Source: Candidatus Eiseniibacteriota bacterium
GTDB taxonomy: Bacteria; Eisenbacteria; RBG-16-71-46
Assembly: GCA_963707915.1 (NCBI GenBank)
Contig: OY970178.1
Coordinates: forward strand, 3,296,001 to 3,360,000
DNA: 64,000 bases
Reading direction: 5' to 3'
The notes under the pieces are model-generated. The model was given only the letters and a program-made list of their open reading frames with translations. It did not search any database and was not told the DNA's origin. The first letter of the stretch is position 1. Each line of letters opens with the position of its first letter. Below are positions 1-10,453 of the stretch, one piece after another. The translations under genes and the position numbers were made by a program.

Positions 1-1124
1 GGTGGGGCGCCGCAATGTTCCGCGACCCGGTGCGCCTCCTCCGCGCGGAGCCCGAGCGTCCGCAGCCAGGGCACCAACTCGGCCAGGTGCGGAGCCAGCT
101 CGCGCCTCGCCGCCGGCCTACGCCGTGCATTCCCGCGCCGCGCCTCCATGAAGTCCCGTCCGAGGCTGCGCTCGGCCTCGAACTGGTTGTGGGCGCGGCA
201 GCGCAGGCGCAGGCCCCGCACCGTCGCGCGGCCGCCCAATGCCACCGGCTCGACGTGGTCGTACTCCAGCCGCGTGCGTGCCTCGCAGCGATGTCCGCCC
301 GCGCTCACGAACGTGCAGCGGCCGCCATCGCGCTCCCAGACCGCGCGCTTCACCTCCGCAGGGACGTGGCGGGGGTCGTCGCTTGCGCGGCAGCGGCGGG
401 GCCGGTCGGTCTTGGCGAACTTGCGCTGCTCGAGCTGGGCGACCAGGGCCTTCAGGGCGCGGGCGAACACGGCGGCCGGATCGCCCGAGGGCACGGCGTG
501 CCCGAGCAGGGCCTGGGCGTAGAGCAGGTCGTCGTGCGCTTCCTGGTCCATGGTGAACTGCACGGCGAAGCGCTGCGGCGCGAGGGGCGTGACCCGCGTG
601 AGTTGCGTGGTGCTCAACTTTACTCGCTCTGGAGCGAGTAAAGTCGCGTCACACTGAACATCGCCGACCTGCTCCGGCGTATCGGAAGGCAGCGCGGTGA
701 CGAGCGGGAGCGGTTCGGTGCGGGGGAAGCGACGGGCCAACTCCTGCTCGATCTCGGCCTTGGACCTGCCGGCGGCGGCAGCGAGCAGCTCCGCGGCGCC
801 CGCGTCGGTGAGGCAGGGAGCGAGGAGGAGCACGGCGGTGAGGTTCAGGCGGCCGTCGGCGAGCAAGGGGAGGATGGCGGGGAAGCGTCGGGCGGTGCGC
901 GCGACCTGGATGCGGCGGTACGCGCTGTCCTCCGAGAAGCCCAGCTGCTCGACGCACCACGCGAACATCGAGGGGTAGCCGGCTTCGGCGTAGAGCCGCC
1001 GGGCATCGACCTCCCCGAGGTGGGCGACCAGCAGGGCCGTGGTCGCGCGGTCCTGCGAGACGAGTGTCCGCAGTTCGCGCAGGAGCGCCTGGTCGGACAG
1101 GTGGGAGAGCGCGTAACGGTTCAT
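1..1124 (-). CDS. HNH endonuclease with DUF222-like N-terminal region; runs off the window start
   Basis: Manual minus-strand translation from ATG 1124 (MNRYALSHLSDQALL...). It contains CTFVSAGGHRC...LEYDHVEPVALGG...LRCRAHN (HNH/Zn motif). Absent from the ORF track because its stop lies outside the window. Confidence 0.85.
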   Translation of the reverse strand, partial: MNRYALSHLSDQALLRELRTLVSQDRATTALLVAHLGEVDARRLYAEAGYPSMFAWCVEQLGFSEDSAYRRIQVARTARRFPAILPLLADGRLNLTAVLLLAPCLTDAGAAELLAAAAGRSKAEIEQELARRFPRTEPLPLVTALPSDTPEQVGDVQCDATLLAPERVKLSTTQLTRVTPLAPQRFAVQFTMDQEAHDDLLYAQALLGHAVPSGDPAAVFARALKALVAQLEQRKFAKTDRPRRCRASDDPRHVPAEVKRAVWERDGGRCTFVSAGGHRCEARTRLEYDHVEPVALGGRATVRGLRLRCRAHNQFEAERSLGRDFMEARRGNARRRPAARRELAPHLAELVPWLRTLGLRAEEAHRVAEHCGAP

Positions 1125-1359
1125 CGACGTGACTCCGCGCGGGGGCGGGTCACGGGGGCGCTGCGAGCACATTCATATCATGCCCGTCTTCGGCCCTCGC
1201 AGCGCCCCGCAGGTCGCACGACGGGGCATGGCGGGAGAGCGAGTTCGCAACCCGGCTCGCGATCCCGTCTCCGCCCGGCAGACGGCGTCCTGCGAGCAGC
1301 GCGAACGCCCCGGCGATCGAAGCGCATCGCGAGCCCCGAAACCTGTCAAGCGAAATCGG

Positions 1360-2732
1360 TGGTTCAGACCGGGCACACTGGTAACAGATCAGACCGGGGA
1401 CATGGGTTACAGCCCGCGGGCATCATGGGTGGTTCGAGGAGGACCACACGATGCCCTGGGCGAGGACCGACTGGATGTCTGAACGAGTGAAGTTCATTGC
1501 CGCCTACCTGCAGGCGGAGGCCAGCTTCTCCGACTTGTGCCACGACTTCGGGGTCAGCCGGAAGACGGGGTACAAGTGGGTCCGTCGTTATGAGGCCGAC
1601 GGGGTCGCGGCCCTCGAGGAGATCTCACGCGCGCCGCACTCTCATCCCAACGCCGTCGCCGCCGACCTCGTGCAGGCGATCGTCGCGATCCGACGTCGCC
1701 ATCCGCGTTGGGGACCACGCAAGGTGCGGGTGGTGCTGAAGCGGGAACGGCCGCCGGTCGCGCTCCCGGCGGCCAGCACGATCGGCGACATCCTGAGGCG
1801 CAGCGGACTGGTTCGCCCGCGCCGGCGAGTCCGGCGCAGCTCACCGTACGGGGACCGGCTGCGGCAGTACGACGCACCCAACGCCGTCTGGTGTGCCGAC
1901 TTCAAGGGCCACTTCCCGCTGGGTCGCCGGGGTGAACGCTGTCATCCGCTGACCATCAGCGATGGATACAGTCGCCTGCTCCTTCGCTGCCGCGCCCTGC
2001 GTCGTCCGCTCACTCAGCATGTCCGGCGCGTCTTCGAGTCCGCTTTCACCGAATACGGCTTGCCGAGGGCGATCCGCACCGATAACGGGCCGCCGTTCTC
2101 GACGCTCGCCCCGGGCGGACTGTCGCGTCTCTCGGTCTGGTGGATCCGACTCGGGATCCGTCCCGAACGCATCATGCCAGGTCGTCCCGAACAGAACGGG
2201 CGCCACGAGCGCATGCATCGCACCTTGAAAGCCGAGACCGCCAGACCGCCGCGCTCGAGCTTCAGCGCCCAGCAACGCGCGTTCGATCGCTTCCAGACGG
2301 AGTACAACCAGGAGCGGCCGCACGAGGCGCTCGGCCAGGAGGTGCCGGCCGCGCTTTACCGCCCATCGCTTCGCTCGTACCCGCGCGAGCTCCCCGAACC
2401 AGAGTACCCGCGACACTTCGAGACCCGGGTGGCCTATCCCAACGGCGTGATCACCTTCGGCACCACGCAGTGGTACGTGAGCAACTGCCTCGTCGGCGAA
2501 CGGGTCGGACTCGAGCCCTGCGACGATGGCCGGTGGCGTGTCCACTTCGGCTGGGTGCCGATCGGACTGCTAGATCTCAAGCAGGCCACCGACCGCGGAC
2601 CCCGCCACTTTGGGCGGCTCGAACCCATCGTTGATCCTGCCTTGAGCAGACGTCGTCGCCGCCGTTATGGAAGCTAGAATGTGTTACCCATGTGCCCGGT
2701 CTGTCCTGTCACCCATGTCCCCGGTTGCTTCA
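1360..2732 (+). mobile_element. IS481-family insertion sequence
   Basis: The transposase is flanked by inverted ends, each carrying two internal repeats (CAGACCGGG[CG]ACA..GGT.ACA at the left, reverse complement at 2682-2727). Termini are TG...CA; end positions are approximate. Confidence 0.8.
1451..2677 (+). CDS. IS481-family DDE transposase
   Basis: MPW start, HTH (GVSRKTGYKW), WGPRK, WCADFKG, IRTDNGPPF, EQNGRHERMHRTLK, YNQERPHEAL. Confidence 0.95.
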   Translation: MPWARTDWMSERVKFIAAYLQAEASFSDLCHDFGVSRKTGYKWVRRYEADGVAALEEISRAPHSHPNAVAADLVQAIVAIRRRHPRWGPRKVRVVLKRERPPVALPAASTIGDILRRSGLVRPRRRVRRSSPYGDRLRQYDAPNAVWCADFKGHFPLGRRGERCHPLTISDGYSRLLLRCRALRRPLTQHVRRVFESAFTEYGLPRAIRTDNGPPFSTLAPGGLSRLSVWWIRLGIRPERIMPGRPEQNGRHERMHRTLKAETARPPRSSFSAQQRAFDRFQTEYNQERPHEALGQEVPAALYRPSLRSYPRELPEPEYPRHFETRVAYPNGVITFGTTQWYVSNCLVGERVGLEPCDDGRWRVHFGWVPIGLLDLKQATDRGPRHFGRLEPIVDPALSRRRRRRYGS

Positions 2733-2772
2733 GGTGGTCCAGACCGGGGGCGCCGCCGCCAGTCGGCCCCGG

Positions 2773-4227
2773 TCAGGCCTCGCCCGCCGCCCGCCACAGG
2801 CCAGCGACCGCGCGTGAGACCGCCCGCCGGGTGAGGGGCGTGGCGTCGGCCGCCGAGATCCGGACCGCGGCCTCGGGCAGCGCGTCGAGGAAGGCGTCGT
2901 TCTGCAGCCCCACGAGCACCGTCGGACCCGCGCGACAGAGCCCGCGCAGGCGCCCGATCTCGGCGTCCGCGAGCGGCACCCGGCTCGCGATCGCGACGAA
3001 CTCGACGCGGGGCCCGGCCGCCGGCTCCGCGAGCAGCAGTGGCAGGGGCACGCCGGCATTGCCCAGGCAGCCGCGGAAGGACGGGCCCTCGAGGCAGTCC
3101 GGCGCCTCCACGTGCCAGGGCAGCGCGGCCGCCGCGCGCGGCAGCCCGCCGCGGATCACCAGGCCGCGCCCGGCGATGCGCTCCAGCCGTTCCTCCCAGC
3201 CTGCCGGGGTGAGCGCCTCGAGCGGTCCCGCCAGTTCCTCCGGCGTGGGTTCCGCCCAGGCGCGGGCGAAGGTCTCGAGCCGCTCGGCGGAGGCCTCGAG
3301 GTCCACGCGGTCGAGTCGGCCGCCGGCCAGCGACTCGGCGAGCCCGGCCTGCAGGGCCGGGAGGGAGCCGTCGTCGCGCGCGACCAGCAGCAGGTCGCAG
3401 CCCGCCTCGAGCGCGAGCGTGGCGGCCTCGAGGGGCGTGCGCCCGTCGGCCGCGCCCTTCATCTCGAGCGCGTCGGTGACGCAGACCCCCTTGAACCCGA
3501 GCGTGCCGCGCAGCAGGCCGCGCACGATCGCGCGCGAGAAGGTCGCCGGGCGATCGGCGTCCAGCGCCGGGTAGAGCACGTGCGCGGTCATCACCGCCGG
3601 GGCGCCGAGCCCGGCGCGGAACGGCTCGAGGTCGCGGCGCTCGAGCGTCTCGCGATCGGCATCGCAGACCGGCAACGCCAGGTGCGAGTCGAGCGCGGTC
3701 GAGCCGTGGCCGGGGAAGTGCTTGAGGCAGCAGGCCAGCCGCGCGGCCTGGAAGCCGCGCACGGCCGCCGCGACGCCACGCGCCGCGCCTTCGGCGTCGA
3801 CCCCGTAGGCGCGCGGCCCGATGACCGGGTTCGCGGGGAGCGCGTTCACGTCGGCCACCGGCGCGAAGACCCAGTCCACCCCCAGCGCCCGCAGGCGCTG
3901 GCCGGTGACGCGTGCCGCCCACTCGATGTCGCCGGGCTGGGCCCCGCGCGCCAGCAGTGCGGCGTCGGGCGGCACCACCAGGTGGCCGCGCAGCTGCGAG
4001 ACGAAGCCGCCCTCCTCGTCCATCGCGATGAAGAGGCGGTGGGGCCGGGCCAGCTCGCGCAGGCGGACGGTCAGCCGCCGCAGGTCCGCGAGGTCGCCGA
4101 AGTCGCGCCGGAAGACCAGGATCCCGGCGGAGGGGGACGCGGCGAAATCCCGTTCCCATCCGGGCGTGAGACCGCCCTCCGGCAGGCCGACCATCATGCG
4201 TCGCGCGATCAGCTGGCGAGGTTCCAT
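2773..4227 (-). CDS. nagZ: Glycoside hydrolase family 3, beta-N-acetylhexosaminidase (NagZ-like)
   Basis: DEEGGFV, APVADV, KHFPGHG...DSH and TDALEM motifs. Confidence 0.85.
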   Translation of the reverse strand: MEPRQLIARRMMVGLPEGGLTPGWERDFAASPSAGILVFRRDFGDLADLRRLTVRLRELARPHRLFIAMDEEGGFVSQLRGHLVVPPDAALLARGAQPGDIEWAARVTGQRLRALGVDWVFAPVADVNALPANPVIGPRAYGVDAEGAARGVAAAVRGFQAARLACCLKHFPGHGSTALDSHLALPVCDADRETLERRDLEPFRAGLGAPAVMTAHVLYPALDADRPATFSRAIVRGLLRGTLGFKGVCVTDALEMKGAADGRTPLEAATLALEAGCDLLLVARDDGSLPALQAGLAESLAGGRLDRVDLEASAERLETFARAWAEPTPEELAGPLEALTPAGWEERLERIAGRGLVIRGGLPRAAAALPWHVEAPDCLEGPSFRGCLGNAGVPLPLLLAEPAAGPRVEFVAIASRVPLADAEIGRLRGLCRAGPTVLVGLQNDAFLDALPEAAVRISAADATPLTRRAVSRAVAGLWRAAGEA

Positions 4228-4560
4228 GCCGCAGAAAGTGGGGGAGGCGCGCGTGGCTGTCAATCGGTCGGGTCACGGCGGCGGGGCGTCCGGCCGCGGA
4301 CTTGCCGCGCCGGTGCTCTCACCCTGCACGGCGGCGCCGAACGCGGATATGATCCCGGCTGGCGGGGCGCATCGCCCCGCGGTCCATCGGGTTGCCTGCG
4401 CGACGCCGCCCGGCGGCCCGGCGCGGACAACGCGGGATTCACGACTCCTTGACCGCCGCCGGCCCGGGTCGTTTCAGGAACGGGCGCCCGCGGCCTTAGA
4501 CTTGACGCCGGTGCTCCGATGACTCCCCGTCCCGAAGACGACTCTCGAAAGGTGTCCTGG

Positions 4561-6216
4561 ATGGCATGGTTGAGTGGCAGACGGACCGGCCCCCTCGTGG
4601 CGGCCATGGTGCTGGCGCTCCTGCTGGGCTTCGGCCTCGCCCGGGGGCTGCAGGCGACCGACGACCTGATGACCCAGCTGCACCTGTTCGGACAGGTGCT
4701 GAACGCGGTCGAGCAGAACTACGTCGAGCAGCCCGACAGCGAGAAGCTCATCCGCGGCGCCATCGACGGGATGCTGAAGACCCTCGACCCGCACTCGGTC
4801 TACGTGCCGGCCCAGCGCGCGGAGCGCATGGACGAGGAGTTCCGCGGCGAGTACTCCGGCATCGGCATCCAGTTCGAGCTGCGTGACAACGCGATCGTCG
4901 TGATCTCCCCGCTCGAGGGCACGCCGGCGTTCCGGCTCGGGCTGCGGGCCGGCGACCGGATCACCGAGGTGGACGCGAAACCGCTCGCCCGCGGCATCAC
5001 CAATGACGACGTCTTCAAGCTGCTGCGCGGCCCGGCGGGCAGCACGGTCGAGGTCACGGTGGTGCGCGACGGGGAGCCGGAGCCGGTCAAGTTCTCGATC
5101 GAGCGCGCCAAGATCCCGATCGAGAGCGTCCCCTACGCCTACATGATCCGCCCGGGCGTGGGCTACGTGCGCATCACGCGCTTCGCGGCCACGACCGGCG
5201 AGGAGCTCGAGAAGGCGCTCGCGACCCTGCACGCCGCCGGCATGAAGTCGCTGGTGATCGACCTGCGCGCCAACGCGGGCGGGCTGCTCAACCAGGCGGT
5301 GGACGTGCTCGACCAGATCGTGCCCAGCGACAAGCTGCTGGTCTACACGGTCGGCCGCATCCCCAGCGCGAACGAACGGTACCGCAGCACCGAGCGGCCC
5401 CGCGTCGCCACCGACGAGCCGCTCATCGTGCTCATCGATCACGGCAGCGCCTCGGCCTCCGAGATCGTGTCGGGCGCGGTGCAGGACCTGGACCGCGGCC
5501 TGGTGGCGGGCACCAACTCGTTCGGCAAGGGCCTGGTCCAGAACCAGATCGCGCTGGGTCCGGGCGGGGCCCAGGGCAAGCTGCTGCTCACCATCGCCAA
5601 GTACTACACGCCGAGCGGGCGGCTCATCCAGCGCGACTACGCCGGCAAGGACCGCGAGGAGTACCACGAGGAGGCCTACGAGGGTGACGTGCCGCCGGAT
5701 TCGGTGCTGGCCAAGCGGCCGCAGTTCAAGACCGCGGCCGGCCGGAAGATCTACGGCGGCGGTGGCATCTATCCCGACGTGATCCTCAAGGACGGTCCCT
5801 TCCTGACCCGGCCGCAGATCGAGATGATCCAGAAGCGGGCGTTCTTCCCGTACGCCGCGCACTACGTGACCGTGGCCCACCAGGACACGCGGTGGACGGA
5901 GGACTCGTTCGGCCCGGGCTTCACGCTGAGCGATGCCGAGTGGGCGGACCTGCGCGAGTCGATGGCCAAGAGCAAGGTGACCGTCTCGGATTCGGTCTGG
6001 CAGGCCGATCGGCCCTTCATCCTGCGCCAGTTGCGCGCGGACCTGTCCACCTCGGCGAACCTCGGGCAGACGGCGCGTTACCGGATCCTGGTCGAGAACG
6101 ATGTGCAGCTCAACGCCGCGCTCGACCTGTTCCCGCAGGCCACCAAGCTCCTGAGCCTGTCCCTGGCCCCGCCGGCGAAGGCCGCCCGGCCGGCGCGGAC
6201 GGGCGGGAAGCGCTAG
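4561..6216 (+). CDS. S41A carboxyl-terminal processing protease (PDZ + peptidase)
   Basis: LDPHS, GIGI PDZ, IDLRANAGG, SASASEIV and FGKG motifs; start uncertain (4519/4561/4606). Confidence 0.92.
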   Translation: MAWLSGRRTGPLVAAMVLALLLGFGLARGLQATDDLMTQLHLFGQVLNAVEQNYVEQPDSEKLIRGAIDGMLKTLDPHSVYVPAQRAERMDEEFRGEYSGIGIQFELRDNAIVVISPLEGTPAFRLGLRAGDRITEVDAKPLARGITNDDVFKLLRGPAGSTVEVTVVRDGEPEPVKFSIERAKIPIESVPYAYMIRPGVGYVRITRFAATTGEELEKALATLHAAGMKSLVIDLRANAGGLLNQAVDVLDQIVPSDKLLVYTVGRIPSANERYRSTERPRVATDEPLIVLIDHGSASASEIVSGAVQDLDRGLVAGTNSFGKGLVQNQIALGPGGAQGKLLLTIAKYYTPSGRLIQRDYAGKDREEYHEEAYEGDVPPDSVLAKRPQFKTAAGRKIYGGGGIYPDVILKDGPFLTRPQIEMIQKRAFFPYAAHYVTVAHQDTRWTEDSFGPGFTLSDAEWADLRESMAKSKVTVSDSVWQADRPFILRQLRADLSTSANLGQTARYRILVENDVQLNAALDLFPQATKLLSLSLAPPAKAARPARTGGKR

Positions 6217-6233
6217 CCCGCGGCGCCGCAGCG

Positions 6234-6270
6234 GACGAAGCCCCGGTCGTCGTCCGACCGGGGCTTCGTC
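6234..6270. terminator. Hairpin between convergent genes (probable bidirectional terminator)
   Basis: GACGAAGCCCCGGTCG-N5-CGACCGGGGCTTCGTC, a perfect 16-bp stem. Confidence 0.65.
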
Positions 6271-6307
6271 ATGACGCGTCCGCCCGGGCGCGGGCGCCGG
6301 CGCCGGC

Positions 6308-7147
6308 CTAGTGCCGGGGTGGCTCGAGCTCGGTCGCGGGCGTCCGGCCCTGCAGGCGTCTCACCTGCACGCGGTCGCCCGCGCCGATACCCAGGCGCGT
6401 GGCGCAATCGCCGCCGACCTGCGCGAACTCGAGCCGCCCGCTCGAGCCCACCACGGCCACCATCGTGCCCAGCGCGTGCTCGCCATAGGAGCGCGCGAGG
6501 CCGCGGATCGTGTGGTCGAGCACCCGCACCTCGAGTTCCGGCTCGGACCGGTCGGGGAAGGCGCGCGCCAGGTCCTCGGCATCGATGTTCGTGAGCGCGT
6601 TGCCGAAGTGGTCCACGAACATGACGCAACCCAGGATCCCGTCGGGGCGGAACTCGGGCGCGGCGTGCGGCAGCCGCACCACGTCGCTGGTCTCGGGGCC
6701 CAGGCGATCGGGCGCCACTCCGCCGGCGAGGTGCGCGGCGACCGGCGCGAAGACGTCGCGGGCATGGAAGGTGCGCGAGACCGGCTGGCGGAACCAGCGC
6801 GCGCCGGTCAGGTGCCAGGCCCGGGCGTCCGGGTCTCGCAGCGCCCACTCGAGGATCCCGTTGTCGGGCCCGACGAAGACCTGCCCCCGCGCCGCCACGG
6901 CCAGTGCGCGACGCGCGGTGCCGACCCCGGGGTCCACGACCGCGAGGTGCACCGTGCCCGCGGGGAAATCGGGCGCGGCCGCCTCGAGCAGGAAGGCCGC
7001 GCGGGCGACGTGGCCGGGCGGGATGTCGTGCGTGAGGTCCACGATGTGGGCCTCGGGGCAGAGCTGGTAGAGGACGCCATGCACGACGCCCACGAACCAG
7101 TCCTTGCGGCCGAAGTCCGAGGTGAAGGTGATGATGGGACGTGCCAT
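6308..7147 (-). CDS. SAM hydroxide adenosyltransferase / chlorinase-fluorinase family (DUF62)
   Basis: ITFTSDFG, VVDPGVGT, GPDNG, TFHARDVFAP and DHFGN motifs. Confidence 0.92.
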   Translation of the reverse strand: MARPIITFTSDFGRKDWFVGVVHGVLYQLCPEAHIVDLTHDIPPGHVARAAFLLEAAAPDFPAGTVHLAVVDPGVGTARRALAVAARGQVFVGPDNGILEWALRDPDARAWHLTGARWFRQPVSRTFHARDVFAPVAAHLAGGVAPDRLGPETSDVVRLPHAAPEFRPDGILGCVMFVDHFGNALTNIDAEDLARAFPDRSEPELEVRVLDHTIRGLARSYGEHALGTMVAVVGSSGRLEFAQVGGDCATRLGIGAGDRVQVRRLQGRTPATELEPPRH

Positions 7148-7366
7148 GGCGAGCGACCTCCAGGGTGGCGCTGCTGCCGCCAATGTAGCCCATCCCGCCG
7201 CCGCCCTGCACGCGGTCCCGGCGGGGCGCGGAGATGTCCGGGAGTTGTCCAATCGACCGCGGCCGGCGCGGGCGCCGGGCCCATTCGCTGTTGGAGGCCC
7301 TTCGCGGCCCGTGCTACCATTTCGGTCCTGTCGAAGTTCCCGCTGACCCGAGAAGGAGTGGATCCC

Positions 7367-8008
7367 GTGAAGCGACTGATGATGATCCTGGTGTGCCTGG
7401 GCCTCTCGGCCGTGACGGTCGCGCCGGTGCGCGCCCAGGGCAGCGCCGGCGCTCCGGCGGTCGAGAAGACCTCCGTCGCCGCGACGCCGGTGGATTCCCT
7501 GGCGCTGCTCGAGAAGGCGGTCGCGAAGGATTCGACGCAGTTCGAGGACCTCTACCGGCTGGGCGTGATGTACCTGGACCGCGACAAGCCCTTCGCTGCC
7601 ATCACCGTGCTGACCCGGGCGCACGTGCTGCGGCCGAAGGATCACCGTGTCAGCGTCAACCTGGGCGTCGCCCACGACGCCGCCGGCCGGCCGGCCCCGG
7701 CGCAGGCCTACTACCGTGACGCGCTCGCGCAGTTCCCGGAGGATTCGGTGGCGTCGTGCCGGCTGGCGAGCTCGCTCTACTCGCAGTCCAAGCATGCCCA
7801 GGCCGTCGCGCTGCTGCAGGAGATCATCCAGAAGGCCCCGCGGGCCTACTGCGCGTACTTCACGCTCGGCGTGGCCTTCGCGGACGCCGGCATCTACAAG
7901 GACGCCATCCGGATGTGGCGGAAGGTCATCGAGCTCGCGCCCGCCTCGCCCGAGGCCAGCAGCGCCCGCGAGAGCGTGGACGTGCTGGAGAAGTTCGTCG
8001 CCCAGTAG
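7367..8008 (+). CDS. Secreted tetratricopeptide repeat protein
   Basis: GTG start after AGAAGGAG, signal peptide, TPR-like repeats (LGVMY, NLGVAH, TLGVAF). Confidence 0.8.
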   Translation: MKRLMMILVCLGLSAVTVAPVRAQGSAGAPAVEKTSVAATPVDSLALLEKAVAKDSTQFEDLYRLGVMYLDRDKPFAAITVLTRAHVLRPKDHRVSVNLGVAHDAAGRPAPAQAYYRDALAQFPEDSVASCRLASSLYSQSKHAQAVALLQEIIQKAPRAYCAYFTLGVAFADAGIYKDAIRMWRKVIELAPASPEASSARESVDVLEKFVAQ

Positions 8009-8142
8009 GTCCTGCGCGGCCAGGTGCCGGTGGCCCGCCTGCGGACGGGCCCCGGCACCGGGCTCGCGCGTCGGCTCCCTCCGGTCCGGCCCGCCCGCCC
8101 GCTCGCCTTGCCTGGCCGCCCTCCCGGGGGCACTCTGACGCC

Positions 8143-9296
8143 ATGATCTACTTCGACCACAATGCCTCGACCCCGGTGCGCCCCGAGGTGGTCGAGGCCA
8201 TGCGCGCGTGCCTCGCCGACGTGTCCGCCAATCCCTCGAGCCTGCACCGCGAGGGCCAGCGCGCCCGCGCCGCGGTCGAGCACGCCCGCGAGCAGGTGGC
8301 GGCGCTGCTCCACGCCCGGCCCGACGACGTGGTCTTCACGAGCGGCGGCACCGAGGGCGACCACGCCGCGCTGATCGGCGCGGCCTGGGCGCTCGAGCCC
8401 CGGGGCCGGCGCGTCGCCTTCGCGCCGATCGAGCACCACGCCGTGCACGGCGCCGCGCAGGTGCTCGCGCGCTCGGGCTTCGCCGCCGAGCACCTGCCGG
8501 TGCTCGCGGACGGCTGGGTGCCGCCGGCGGCGGTGGACGCGCTGCCCGCGGACACCACGGTGGTCGCGGTGATGCTCGCCAACAACGAGACCGGCGTGCT
8601 GCAGCCCGTGGCGGAGATCGCGCGCCGCGCCCGCGCGCGCGGCCTGCACGTGCTGTGCGACGCGGTGCAGGCCGCCGGCAAGATCCCGGTGGACTTCGAG
8701 GCGCTGGGCGCGGACTACCTGGTGGTCTCGGGGCACAAGTTCGGCGGGCCCAAGGGCGCGGGCGCCCTGCTGGTGCGCGCGGGCGCGCCGTTCGAGCCGC
8801 TGTTCCGCGGCAGCGGCCACGAGCGCGGCCGCCGCGGCGGCACCGAGAACGTGCCCGGCATCGTCGGGCTGGGGCTGGCCGCCGAGCTGGCGGCGCGCGA
8901 ACAGCGGGCCGAGGCCGTGCGCCTGCTCGCGCTGCGGGAGCGCCTGGAGGCGGGGCTGCGGGCGGCCGTGCCCGACCTGGTCGTGCACGGCGCGCGCGCC
9001 CCCCGGCTGCCCAACACCGTGAACGTCTCGTTCCCGGGGGCGCGCAGCGATCACCTGCTGATGGCGCTCGACGCGCGCGGCATCGAGGTCTCGGCCGGCG
9101 CGGCGTGCGCCAGCGGCGCGGTCGAGCCCTCGCCGGTGCTCGCGGCCATGGGGGTCGCGCGCGAGCTGGCGGTCTGCGCCCTGCGCTTCTCGCTCGGGCG
9201 CACCACGCACCGCGGCGGAGGTCGAACAGGTCGCCGCCGCGGCGGGGGAGGCGGTGCGCGCCGCGCGGGCGGCGACGCGCGGGGGGCCACTCGTGA
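8143..9296 (+). CDS. iscS: Cysteine desulfurase (IscS/NifS), apparent indels near the 3' end
   Basis: MIYFDHNASTP, FTSGGTE, NNETG, SGHKFGGPKG and SAGAACASG motifs. The C-terminus continues in another frame from ~9208. Confidence 0.9.
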
Positions 9297-10453
9297 GCGA
9301 GCGGCTGCGCGTGCTGGTCGCGATGAGCGGCGGGGTGGACTCGGGCGTGGCCGCCGCGCTGCTGGCCGAGCAGGGCCACGAGGTGACCGGCGTGACGCTC
9401 CGGCTCTGGTGTCACGGCCAGGCGTCCGTCGCGCCACGCGCCTGCTGCACGCTCGAGGCCATCGAGCAGGCGCGCGCGGTCGCGCGGCGCCTGGGGTTCC
9501 CGCACTACGTGGTCGACGCCGAGGAGGCGTTCCGCGAGCGCGTGCTGCAGCCATTCCTCGACGACTACGCCGCGGGCCGGACGCCCTACCCGTGCGCGCT
9601 GTGCAACCAGCACCTCAAGTTCGGCGACCTGCTGACGCGCCTCGACGCGCTCGGCGCCGACCGGCTGGCGACCGGGCACTACGCCCGCCTCGAGCCGCGG
9701 GAGCGCGGCGCGCCGGCGCTGCTGCGCGCCGCCGACCCGGCCAAGGACCAGTCCTACGCGCTGGCGCTCACGCCCCGCGCCGCGCTCCCGCGCCTGCTGT
9801 TCCCGCTCGGCGCGCTCACCAAGGCGGAGGTCCGCGCCCACGGCCGCCGGCTCGGGCTGGCGCTCTGGGACCGGCCCGAGAGCCAGGACCTGTGCTTCGT
9901 GCCCGACGGCGACTACGCCGGGTTCATCGCGCAGCGCCCGGGCGGGGCGCGGGGCGTGACGCCCGGCCCGTTCGAGGACTCCGCGGGCCGTCGGCTGGGC
10001 ACGCACCGCGGGATCATCCACTACACCGTGGGGCAGCGCCGCGGCCTGGGGCTGGCGGCGGCCGAGCCGCTCTACGTGCTCGCGGTGGATGCCGGGCGCA
10101 ACGTCGTGGTGGTGGGCGCGCGCGCCGCGCTGCTGGCGCCGGGGCTGGTCGCCGCACCGGTCCAGTGGCTGGTGGACGCGCCGCCCGCGGACGGCGCGCC
10201 GGCGGTGATCAAGATCCGCTACAACCACGGCGGCGCCGCGGGCACGCTCCACCCGCGCGCGGACGGTTCGTGCGAAGCGCGTTTCGAGCAGCCCCAGGCG
10301 GCGGTGACGCCGGGGCAATTGGCGGTGTTCTACGCCGGCGAGCGGGTGCTGGGTGGCGCGGCCATCGAGCACGCGCTGCCGGCGGGCCCGGCGGACGGCG
10401 CCCGCCCCGCGGCCCGTGCCGCCGGCACGGCGCCGGCGGCGGTGATGCCGTGA
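9293..10453 (+). CDS. mnmA: tRNA-specific 2-thiouridylase
   Basis: AMSGGVDS, TPYPCALCN, ATGHYAR, KDQSY, ESQDLCF, YTVGQRRGL and TPGQ motifs. Confidence 0.95.
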   Translation: MSERLRVLVAMSGGVDSGVAAALLAEQGHEVTGVTLRLWCHGQASVAPRACCTLEAIEQARAVARRLGFPHYVVDAEEAFRERVLQPFLDDYAAGRTPYPCALCNQHLKFGDLLTRLDALGADRLATGHYARLEPRERGAPALLRAADPAKDQSYALALTPRAALPRLLFPLGALTKAEVRAHGRRLGLALWDRPESQDLCFVPDGDYAGFIAQRPGGARGVTPGPFEDSAGRRLGTHRGIIHYTVGQRRGLGLAAAEPLYVLAVDAGRNVVVVGARAALLAPGLVAAPVQWLVDAPPADGAPAVIKIRYNHGGAAGTLHPRADGSCEARFEQPQAAVTPGQLAVFYAGERVLGGAAIEHALPAGPADGARPAARAAGTAPAAVMP

